DNA of 64,000 bases. It comes from an uncultured Thiothrix sp. (GTDB lineage Bacteria; Pseudomonadota; Gammaproteobacteria; Poriferisulfidales; GCA-002705445). Location: assembly GCA_902595225.1 (NCBI GenBank), contig CACJPG010000002.1, positions 1,151 through 65,150 on the forward strand, in the 5' to 3' direction. The position numbers and the translations under genes were made by a program. Positions 17,785-25,404 of the stretch are shown here, piece by piece. The notes beneath the pieces were generated by a model. The model was not told where the DNA came from. It made no database searches and saw nothing but the letters and a program-made list of their open reading frames with translations. Every line of letters starts with the position of its first letter. The stretch's first letter is position 1.

Positions 17785-18990
17785 TTACCATACATAACCC
17801 ATACCGATATGTATTCCATCGGCATCACTTCCACCATCTGGGTTAGAGTATTCTTTATCATAGTAGTTCACTTTAACTACAGTATCTGTGCCCATAGGCC
17901 AGTAACTAATACCGTATTGCATTACAGTGTACATTTTCGAAACAGCGTTACCTGAAACAATAGAGTTGTTAATAAACACACCTAAGTTTCCAGTTCTTTT
18001 TGACGCTTCTAAGAATGTACCTTGTTGCTCGTCAAGTCCTGCTGCGAAAGCCGCACCAGATTCGTCTTTACCATCGAATTCAGCTTGAACGTGAATAGCT
18101 CTAACTTCAAAGCCATCACCAAATCCATATATTGCTGAAGCACCGTAAAGATCTAACTTATCAACGTTATCAGATGATACTTGAGTAAAGTCAGATTGAT
18201 GATTGTAGAATACAGATGCTTTTAAACCAGGGAAACCTGTATATGTAAGTCTACCTGTGTAAGCTAAGTCATTTGCAACAGCACTAGCTGATTTTTGACG
18301 ACCTGCTCTGATGTCCATAGCTGTTGTACCTTCAAGACCTTCAGAAACCATCAATTCAAGCATTATACCATTGTCTGATCTGTAAATAAGTTCAGCACCA
18401 CCAGACCACCATGTTGTAGGAATTAAGTACTTCTCTACATCATTTCTCTCAACACCATAAAATGTTGGTGGTTCATGGTTTTCATTCAAAATACCTACTG
18501 GCATAAGAATCACACCAAATCTTGTTTGTAAATTGTCAGTAAGATCAATTTCAACATACATTTGTTCTAATTCAACTTCACCAGGTCCTGATCCATCAGC
18601 TGTATCTTTTGCTAATGCGTGCTCTAATTCGAATTCAGATCTAAATCTTACTGTGTCAGAGTAGTCATACCCAAAGAATAAAACAAATCTATGAGCATCA
18701 AGTGATTTAGATTTTGCACCTGCATCGGTTTCAGTGTCGTTATAGTGTAATTCACCATATCCACCGAGTGTGATTTTAGAGAACTTCTTAGCTGCCTTTG
18801 CAATTGAAGATTGAGAAGCTTCCGCCATCTCACCCTGCATTTTTACAGCCGCTTTTAATTCATTAATTTCAGCTTTTAACTGCTGAATGGTCTCCATAGC
18901 AAGATGAACTTCTTCTTCAACATGCTCTAGAGTTTCAGCAAATGTTACTGGCGTAATCGCTAGTAAAGCTGCTAACGCTAATTTTTTCAT
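17785..18990 (-). CDS. outer-membrane porin with N-terminal coiled-coil segment
   Basis: Signal peptide ending FA-ETL, about 50 aa helical segment (IQQLKAEINELKAAVKMQ), then alternating beta-strand pattern with a C-terminal aromatic residue (GMGYVW). GC-richer codon usage than neighbours. Confidence 0.7.
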   Translation of the reverse strand: MKKLALAALLAITPVTFAETLEHVEEEVHLAMETIQQLKAEINELKAAVKMQGEMAEASQSSIAKAAKKFSKITLGGYGELHYNDTETDAGAKSKSLDAHRFVLFFGYDYSDTVRFRSEFELEHALAKDTADGSGPGEVELEQMYVEIDLTDNLQTRFGVILMPVGILNENHEPPTFYGVERNDVEKYLIPTTWWSGGAELIYRSDNGIMLELMVSEGLEGTTAMDIRAGRQKSASAVANDLAYTGRLTYTGFPGLKASVFYNHQSDFTQVSSDNVDKLDLYGASAIYGFGDGFEVRAIHVQAEFDGKDESGAAFAAGLDEQQGTFLEASKRTGNLGVFINNSIVSGNAVSKMYTVMQYGISYWPMGTDTVVKVNYYDKEYSNPDGGSDADGIHIGMGYVW

Positions 18991-19030
18991 TGTTATCTCC
19001 TAAAGATTAATTATTAATAATTAGAGGTGA

Positions 19031-19059
19031 ATAGTAATAGTTCTGAGAAGCATTTGCAA
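19031..19059 (-). promoter_or_regulatory. candidate promoter of the coiled-coil porin gene
   Basis: Minus strand TTGCAA (19059-19054), 17 bp, TACTAT (19036-19031). A strong SD AGGAG lies 6 nt before the ATG at 18990. Confidence 0.3.
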
Positions 19060-19233
19060 GTCTAAATAGGAATTATTCTCAACTAAAATAAATAACTTAT
19101 TAAAATCATATATTTATATTGAAAAAAACTTTATAATATTAGCAAATTATTGAGTTATTATATAAGAAAAATGCTTAAATTATGCGATTTTATAAAAATT
19201 TACTAAAAAAACTAAATTTCTAGATAGCCTAAT

Positions 19234-19683
19234 CTATTGGTCTAAACTAAGCTCTTTATTCAAATATTGACAAAAAGAATGATCTGAATCTAAAACTTCA
19301 GAGAAAGTCTTTCCATCAATTTTTTTTGCAAGACCAGCGTTTGTTTTATAATTTTCGAAATAGTCTTTTGTTGCTTTAGCGGTCTCTCTTTTAGCTTCTT
19401 CAATATTAGATTTGTTAAAAGATATCCTCATTTGCGCTGCACGCATACTATTGATTATATATTGTTGCTCATATGTCTGAGCTCGTTCACCATCACCCTC
19501 TTCATTTTTAGTAACGTTATTCATATATAAAAATAAACCCGAGCACCTTTCGGTTACATATATAAATATTTTTGGATCTTCTGCCTTTAGAATAACGTCA
19601 TTTAACGGCCTGAATCCATAAGCTATTACTTCACAAGATATAATTAGCAATAGCGACAAAGAAATATTATTTTTAACTTTCAT
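19234..19683 (-). CDS. hypothetical periplasmic protein
   Basis: The track ORF 19234..19755 is trimmed to the Met that begins a signal peptide (MKVKNNISLSLLLIISCEVIAYG). No family recognised. Confidence 0.55.
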   Translation of the reverse strand: MKVKNNISLSLLLIISCEVIAYGFRPLNDVILKAEDPKIFIYVTERCSGLFLYMNNVTKNEEGDGERAQTYEQQYIINSMRAAQMRISFNKSNIEEAKRETAKATKDYFENYKTNAGLAKKIDGKTFSEVLDSDHSFCQYLNKELSLDQ

Positions 19684-19790
19684 TAATATAAGTTTAACAT
19701 TTAGCACAAAATAGATATTGAAATTTTTTTGCTTACGAATAATAATCAGAATCATTAAGGAGTGGCAACAAAAAAAAGGATGGTGATATT

Positions 19791-19970
19791 TTGAAGAAAA
19801 TAATTCTTATTTTCACATTTATTTTTTCGATCAATGCTCATGCTCACACTTCAAGTGATATTTTCCATTTACATATCAATGAATACTTGATAGCTGCATT
19901 GTTACTCTCATTCGTTCTTGCCTTTTATTGGATTAGGACAATTTTAAAAAAAGGAGATATAAATGTTTAA
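19791..19970 (+). CDS. unannotated 59-codon His-rich membrane peptide (TTG start), overlapping the sodN start
   Basis: Below the ORF-track length cutoff. Translation MKKIILIFTFIFSINAHAHTSSDIFHLHINEYLIAALLLSFVLAFYWIRTILKKGDINV: signal-like N-terminus with AHA, four His in 12 residues, one TM. The stop overlaps the sodN ATG (ATGTTTAA). AAGGA lies 10 nt upstream. Confidence 0.4.
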   Translation: MKKIILIFTFIFSINAHAHTSSDIFHLHINEYLIAALLLSFVLAFYWIRTILKKGDINV

Positions 19971-20433
19971 ATTACCTAAAGCTTATGCACATTGCGATAT
20001 ACCTTGTAAAATTTATGACCCTGCCGCTGCTCAATATGCAGTTTTAAGTGTTATAAGAATAATTGATTTACTAAATGAAATTGAGGAATCCCCATCTGAT
20101 AAAAAAAACATTGCTGAAGTTTCTCGATTAATCTCACAAAAAGAAGAGCATGCCAAAATAGCTAAAAAAGAGGTTATAACAATTTGGGGGGACTATTTTA
20201 AAGAACCACAAATCACAAAATTTCCTGAGGTTCATGATTTAGTCCATAGTATTATGATGTCAGGCTCAAAGTCTAAACAAGCACTTGATCGGGCTAACGC
20301 AGAGGAGCTTTTAGAAAAGGTAAATAAATTTGCGGAAATTTTCTGGGCAACAAAAAATATCTCTACTGAGCATAAAATTTGCCCATACCCACCAAGTATG
20401 AAAGTTGTATGTCCAAAATTAGAAGATGCTTAG
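19963..20433 (+). CDS. sodN: nickel superoxide dismutase precursor
   Basis: Pro-peptide MFKLPKAYA followed by the Ni-hook HCDIPCKIYDP. About 156 aa four-helix type. Strong SD AGGAG 6 nt upstream. Confidence 0.93.
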   Translation: MFKLPKAYAHCDIPCKIYDPAAAQYAVLSVIRIIDLLNEIEESPSDKKNIAEVSRLISQKEEHAKIAKKEVITIWGDYFKEPQITKFPEVHDLVHSIMMSGSKSKQALDRANAEELLEKVNKFAEIFWATKNISTEHKICPYPPSMKVVCPKLEDA

Positions 20434-20725
20434 AGCTTTTAAGGTTTCTGGTAGCAGCATGGAGCCGACATTAAGAACTGATGATATAGTCGTCGTTTTA
20501 AAAAAAAAGAACATCTCTGTTAATGACATTGTCGTTGTAGAGGATAGCGAATATGGCTTTTTAATAAAAAGATTAGAAAAATTTGAAAAAAAAGGAATTA
20601 AGCTAAGTAGTGATAATAAAAATAGCTTCTCACCAGCCACCAAAAATATTTATGACATATCAAATATTGTTGGTAAATATGTTTTTAAAATAAACGCAAA
20701 AAACTTGTTATGTAAATTATTCTAA
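20426..20725 (+). CDS. sodX: Ni-SOD maturation endopeptidase (S26 signal-peptidase-like)
   Basis: SGSSMEPTL catalytic-Ser block and the IKRL Lys block. 8-nt overlap with the sodN stop. Confidence 0.8.
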   Translation: MLRAFKVSGSSMEPTLRTDDIVVVLKKKNISVNDIVVVEDSEYGFLIKRLEKFEKKGIKLSSDNKNSFSPATKNIYDISNIVGKYVFKINAKNLLCKLF

Positions 20726-20732
20726 ACGTAAA

Positions 20733-21833
20733 CTAAAGGGAACATGCATCGTTTTTAAAATTTGATATTGTTTCTTTCACGCTTTCTGCCGCCGCTTTTT
20801 TGTCATTAGAATCTTTAAATAGCTCTGCTTGAGCAAAATGATGCATAAATAATGGGCTGTTCTTAACTTCTTTTCTCAAACAAAACTTATCTTCAGAAAA
20901 TAAAATATCGTCCCAAGTATATCTTACAATGTCCCAATATTCTTTTGTTGAGTTCCAATAATCATATGCTGAATTAAAATCATAATTTTTCACACGCTGG
21001 TATCTTGCTAAACCATACTCTGCGCCAACAAAACTTGATGGATTTTTAATTTTATCATTACTTTCCTCCATCACCCAACCCCAAGGAAGTATCGAAATTT
21101 TATTAATTCCTTGTAATAAATCGTAGTCGTTTCTTATAGTGTGCTCTCTTCTTGGCAGCGGACGTTTTGTAATTTGACTAATCCATCTTGAGGCACCTTT
21201 TTCATGAACCCATGTCCCGTATGACTCGTATCTTGGGGAATCATCAACCTGATAAACAGCCTGGCTCCAACTTCCTCTAATATTTTTATGATCTTTTATT
21301 ACCCATTCATTATTTCCTTGGAATTCTAAAATTTTTTTATCTTCATAAGTCCAATCCTGCCTCCAATGTTTTTGAACGAATGGTCCGCGGATCACACCTT
21401 TCTTATCTTTTGTGAACATAGCGAGGATATGCTGAAGAGAAATAAAATTTTCACTATTTTCAATAACTATTATTGTTTCAGTACCCCATGATTTATAAGG
21501 ATTATCTAAATTATAGTTTGGGTTACTACCAAAGATTTCTGTAAATTCAAAGTTAGCTTTGTGTTCGCCTGCCATTGCTAAGATAGCTAACTTATCCTTC
21601 TCTTTTTTGCTAAATGTGTTTTGAATTTTATCAAAGCTTTTGGAAATTTTTGTATCAATTTCCGGCTCTAGGCCATTTGTAGAGCCTCCTCTTGACTCTT
21701 GAACTGGATGCCTATCTAAAATCCAATTTAACTGACTTTGATCTATTTTATCTTTGACTGGACCATAGCTATTGTTATCGGCAAAAGCTAAAGAAAAAAC
21801 TATAATTGACAAAAAAATTAATAAAGATTTCAT
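20733..21833 (-). CDS. hypothetical secreted protein (Trp-rich, 366 aa)
   Basis: Signal peptide MKSLLIFLSIIVFSLAFA. Long intact ORF. No family I can name with confidence. Confidence 0.6.
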   Translation of the reverse strand: MKSLLIFLSIIVFSLAFADNNSYGPVKDKIDQSQLNWILDRHPVQESRGGSTNGLEPEIDTKISKSFDKIQNTFSKKEKDKLAILAMAGEHKANFEFTEIFGSNPNYNLDNPYKSWGTETIIVIENSENFISLQHILAMFTKDKKGVIRGPFVQKHWRQDWTYEDKKILEFQGNNEWVIKDHKNIRGSWSQAVYQVDDSPRYESYGTWVHEKGASRWISQITKRPLPRREHTIRNDYDLLQGINKISILPWGWVMEESNDKIKNPSSFVGAEYGLARYQRVKNYDFNSAYDYWNSTKEYWDIVRYTWDDILFSEDKFCLRKEVKNSPLFMHHFAQAELFKDSNDKKAAAESVKETISNFKNDACSL

Positions 21834-21983
21834 AAGTGTACTTTACTTTAATATTACAGAAATTTAAATTTACACAAAGTTTAGAAGATTTGATATATAA
21901 AGTTTAAACAACGAGGATTCAAACATATCGCCCAATTATGATATTATAATAGGTCATGTATTTCTTCACATGTAGCAAAATAA

Positions 21984-22060
21984 GGCCCTGTAGCTCAGTT
22001 GGTTAGAGCAGTGGACTCATAATCCATTTGTCGTAGGTTCGAGTCCTACCGGGGCCACCA
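21984..22060 (+). tRNA. tRNA with CAU anticodon (elongator Met or lysidine-modified Ile2; acceptor stem favours Ile2)
   Basis: Cloverleaf GGCCCTG/TA/GCTC-AGTTGGTTA-GAGC/A/GTGGA-CTCATAA-TCCAT/TTGTC/GTAGG-TTCGAGT-CCTAC/CGGGGCC/ACCA. Anticodon at 22018-22020. The GGCCC...GGGCC acceptor resembles E. coli ileX. CCA is encoded. Confidence 0.95.
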
Positions 22061-22095
22061 TTAAAAATCGAAAAAATGTTATAATTTGATTATAA

Positions 22096-22848
22096 ATGAA
22101 TAGTATAAGCATAATTATAATTGTAAAGAATGGGGAGAGTTTTATTGAAAAAGCTCTCGAAAGTGCTAAGTGGGCTGACGAAATTATAATTCTAGACTCT
22201 GGCAGTGAAGATAGGACAATCGAAATATCAAAAAAATACACAAATATAATTCATTATTCAGAATCTTGGCCTGGTTTTGGCATACAAAGGCAAAATGCAC
22301 AAAAATTATCTTCATCTAGGTGGGTTTTTATGCTTGATGCAGATGAAGAAATAAGCTTAAAACTCAAGGAATCTATTCAAAAAGTAATTAATGGTAAGGA
22401 TTGCATATACATGATTAATAGGTTGAGCAAGGCTTTTGGAAAAGAAGTAAGGCATTCTGGTTGGTATCCTGATTGGATATGTAGACTTTATCCCAGAGAG
22501 TTAACAACTTACAACAACGATTTAGTTCACGAATCACTGATTATTCCTTCAGGATATAAACCAAAAAAATTGAAAGGGAATTTATTTCATGAAACCTATA
22601 GAGATATGAAAGATTATTATAAAAAAATGAGTTTGTATATAGATGCATGGAGCTCACAAAATTTTCAAAAAAAGAAAGGTGGGGTATCGATAGGGTTTTT
22701 AAGAGGACTTTGGGCATTTATAAAAATGTATTTTTTCCAACTTGGATTTTTAGATAAATCTGTGGGTTTGACTTTAGCTATATTAAGGTTTGAGACGACA
22801 ATCACAAAGTACATTGATATAAAGATAAAAAGAAGTAAAAGCAGATAA
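22096..22848 (+). CDS. family 2 glycosyltransferase (LPS-core KdtX/WaaE-like)
   Basis: ISIIIIVKNGES...IIILDSGSEDRT and the DADE acceptor block. Confidence 0.8.
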   Translation: MNSISIIIIVKNGESFIEKALESAKWADEIIILDSGSEDRTIEISKKYTNIIHYSESWPGFGIQRQNAQKLSSSRWVFMLDADEEISLKLKESIQKVINGKDCIYMINRLSKAFGKEVRHSGWYPDWICRLYPRELTTYNNDLVHESLIIPSGYKPKKLKGNLFHETYRDMKDYYKKMSLYIDAWSSQNFQKKKGGVSIGFLRGLWAFIKMYFFQLGFLDKSVGLTLAILRFETTITKYIDIKIKRSKSR

Positions 22849-22861
22849 GGAATTTAGAAAT

Positions 22862-23560
22862 TTAACTTTTCAAAATTCTTCTTGTGTAATGTACACCAAT
22901 ATAAACTAACGGTGTATCTATAGCCGCAATAATAATTTTTACAATATAAGATGCAATTATAATATCAACTATAATATTCCACTCAAGATTTAAGCCTAAA
23001 TAAAGAAATATTGAATTAACAATTACTGTATCAATTAATTGAGAAAACATTGTCGATAAATTATTTCTCAACCAAAGTTTTTTTTCATTTGTTAACTTTT
23101 TTAAGTAATGAAATATCTTTACATCAATTAATTGTGCAACAAGATATGCAAGCATAGAAGCAGAAATTAAGAATCCTGGTAATGTAAAAACAGATTCATA
23201 AGCTGTTTGCATTTCACTGAGAGTCTCATAACCAAGCGAACTATTAATCCATACATTTGACCCAGGTAAAATAACTGCAATTTTAATGAATACTAATGAT
23301 ACAAGACTTGCTATAAAACCTAGAAGAACCATTTGACTTGCTTTCTTCTTGCCAAAAACCTCACAAACTATATCTGTTATCAAAAAGGTGAGTGGGTAGG
23401 TGATAAGACCTGTTGTCAAGGTTATTGGGTTCGTAAATAAAAAATTACTTGAGGGGTCAGAAAATATTTCAAAAAGTTTCACTCCAATTATATTTGTAAG
23501 AACAATCATTGTAATAAAGAGAGTTAGATAAAAACTATATATTTTTTCTGAGTTATTCAT
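22862..23560 (-). CDS. yhhQ: queuosine-precursor transporter (YhhQ/VUT family)
   Basis: Six-TM protein with ITYPLTFLITDIVCEVFGKK and FSQLIDTVIV blocks typical of DUF165/YhhQ. Confidence 0.8.
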   Translation of the reverse strand: MNNSEKIYSFYLTLFITMIVLTNIIGVKLFEIFSDPSSNFLFTNPITLTTGLITYPLTFLITDIVCEVFGKKKASQMVLLGFIASLVSLVFIKIAVILPGSNVWINSSLGYETLSEMQTAYESVFTLPGFLISASMLAYLVAQLIDVKIFHYLKKLTNEKKLWLRNNLSTMFSQLIDTVIVNSIFLYLGLNLEWNIIVDIIIASYIVKIIIAAIDTPLVYIGVHYTRRILKS

Positions 23561-23566
23561 TTATTA

Positions 23567-24067
23567 TCATTTCCTATTTTTTCTCCATTCCCATGGTGGA
23601 ATAGCTTTTTCAGACTTCCATATTCCAAGTCTTTTTCTTTTTGCAATAGATTCAGCGATCTTAATAATCGGTCTTTCACTATAACGTTCATAACACCATG
23701 CATGCCCGTTAATCACAAGGAAGTGATTAATCTCTAAATTTCCTTTATACACAATTCCAATAACTCGTTTATACCTATCTATACTTATTTTTCTAATTTT
23801 TACTTTTTTTTTAAAAATTTTTTTTTCCAAAACTTTTTTGGCCTGCATGCCATATGGCTGTTTAATCTCAGGGGTGTCTATATCTGCTAATCTTATCTTA
23901 ACAATGCCAAGTTTTTCATTTCTCACATAAATGGTGTCGCCATCAATTACCCTTGTAACATTACCATGGAATTCATCTGGTATAGTGGAAGAGTTTGCAG
24001 AATGTACATTTACTAAACAAAATAATATAATTAGAAAATAAAATTTATATTTTGATAACATCTTCAT
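23567..24067 (-). CDS. secreted thermonuclease (SNase-like)
   Basis: Signal peptide. VIDGDTIYV...IRLADIDTPE...QPYG...A SNase catalytic blocks. Confidence 0.82.
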   Translation of the reverse strand: MKMLSKYKFYFLIILFCLVNVHSANSSTIPDEFHGNVTRVIDGDTIYVRNEKLGIVKIRLADIDTPEIKQPYGMQAKKVLEKKIFKKKVKIRKISIDRYKRVIGIVYKGNLEINHFLVINGHAWCYERYSERPIIKIAESIAKRKRLGIWKSEKAIPPWEWRKNRK

Positions 24068-24595
24068 ATGACTTTGAGAAAGAATTTTTTATATTACACA
24101 ATATTATCAGTTTTTATCGTTTTTAACGCAAATGCTGGGGAGGAATTAAGTATTGGTATGGATGCACCAAATTTTAAACTTACAGATCAAGATAATATTG
24201 AAAGATCTTTAGAAGATTACAAAGGAAAATGGCTTGTATTATACTTTTATCCGAAGGATGACACGCCAGGATGTACAACGGAGGCATGTAACTTTCGAGA
24301 CAATATGGAGATTATAAATAAACTTAATACAAGTGTTATCGGAGTAAGTGTTGACTCCAATGAAAGCCATAAAAAATTTTCAGAAAAATACTCTTTGCCA
24401 TTTCCAATACTTGCAGATACGAATGGTGAAGTTGCAAAAAAATATGATAGTTTTGGCTCATTCGTAGGTTTCAAGTTTGCAAGTCGCCATACTTTTATTA
24501 TAAATCCATCTGGGAAGATCCATAAAATATATAAAAAAGTTAGCCCAAGTAAGCATGCTCAAGAGATAATTGAAGAACTAAAAAAACATATATAG
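24068..24595 (+). CDS. bcp: peroxiredoxin Bcp with predicted signal peptide
   Basis: YFYPKDDTPGCTTEAC peroxidatic-Cys block, preceded by MTLRKNFLYYTILSVFIVFNANA. Confidence 0.88.
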   Translation: MTLRKNFLYYTILSVFIVFNANAGEELSIGMDAPNFKLTDQDNIERSLEDYKGKWLVLYFYPKDDTPGCTTEACNFRDNMEIINKLNTSVIGVSVDSNESHKKFSEKYSLPFPILADTNGEVAKKYDSFGSFVGFKFASRHTFIINPSGKIHKIYKKVSPSKHAQEIIEELKKHI

Positions 24596-25402
24596 ATGAT
24601 TTCAAATCTAGCAAAGCCTCTAATTATTTTACTTTTTCTAATCAGTAATTCTCACGCCTCAGAAGTAAGCTTTCACGGAAAATTTGTTCAAGGGGGTATT
24701 ATTATTGGGCACAGTAGCTTGGTTGAAAAAGTATTTTTTGATGGTCAAGAACTTCAAATAAGTAATGATGGGAATTTTATTTTTGGGTTCGGAAGAAATC
24801 ATAAGCAATCGTCAATTATTAAACTAAAATTTCCCAATAAAACTGAAACTTACAATGTCGATATAAAAAAGAGTGATTATAAAATTGAAAAAATCGATGG
24901 ACTTCCTTCAAAAATGGTTACTCCTGGGCCTGAACTATATGAAAGAATTAAAAATGATAGAGTTCTAATTGGTCAAGCTTTAAAAGAAGATTATCAAAGT
25001 GAAAAATTCACCAATAAATTTATTTGGCCATCAAACGGTAGAATATCTGGTGTTTTTGGAAGTCAAAGAATATTAAATGGTATAAAAAAAAATCCTCATG
25101 GTGGTCTTGATATAGCAGCGCCTACTGGGACACCCATAAAGGCTATCGCTGATGGCAAAGTGTTAATGGCGGAAAAAGGACTTTATTATACCGGGAATAT
25201 TGTGATCATAGGACATGGTTATAAACTAAAATCAATGTATATTCATATGGAAGATATTAATGTTTCTAAAGGAGACAAAGTTTCTCAAGGGGATGTTATA
25301 GGGACAATTGGAATGACTGGAAGAGCAACTGGTCCTCACCTTCACATGAACATTTATTGGAACCGAATCAAAATTAATCCTGAATTACTTTTAGAGATGT
25401 AA
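24596..25402 (+). CDS. M23 family metallo-endopeptidase
   Basis: HGGLDIAAPTGTPIKAIADGKV and TGPHLHMNIYW (HxxxD / HxH LytM motifs). Signal peptide. Confidence 0.87.
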   Translation: MISNLAKPLIILLFLISNSHASEVSFHGKFVQGGIIIGHSSLVEKVFFDGQELQISNDGNFIFGFGRNHKQSSIIKLKFPNKTETYNVDIKKSDYKIEKIDGLPSKMVTPGPELYERIKNDRVLIGQALKEDYQSEKFTNKFIWPSNGRISGVFGSQRILNGIKKNPHGGLDIAAPTGTPIKAIADGKVLMAEKGLYYTGNIVIIGHGYKLKSMYIHMEDINVSKGDKVSQGDVIGTIGMTGRATGPHLHMNIYWNRIKINPELLLEM

Positions 25403-25404
25403 AA

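Noticed and set aside
19030-19041. Tandem AATAGT-AATAGT repeat upstream of the coiled-coil porin, considered as a regulator-binding or Fur-like site.
   Set aside because: It is better explained as the -10 region (TACTAT on the minus strand) of a TTGCAA-17bp-TACTAT promoter. Alignment to the Fur consensus was poor (about 10/19).
19684-19755. The 24-codon N-terminal extension of the 173-aa ORF (track start 19755).
   Set aside because: The internal Met at 19683 starts a normal signal peptide. The extension (MILIIIRKQKNFNIYFVLNVKLIL) looks like translated AT-rich spacer.
23555-23640. Looked for a preQ1 riboswitch in front of the queuosine-precursor transporter yhhQ.
   Set aside because: Only 6 nt separate yhhQ from the upstream nuclease gene. 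The 3-prime end of that gene shows nothing like the preQ1-I or preQ1-II consensus.
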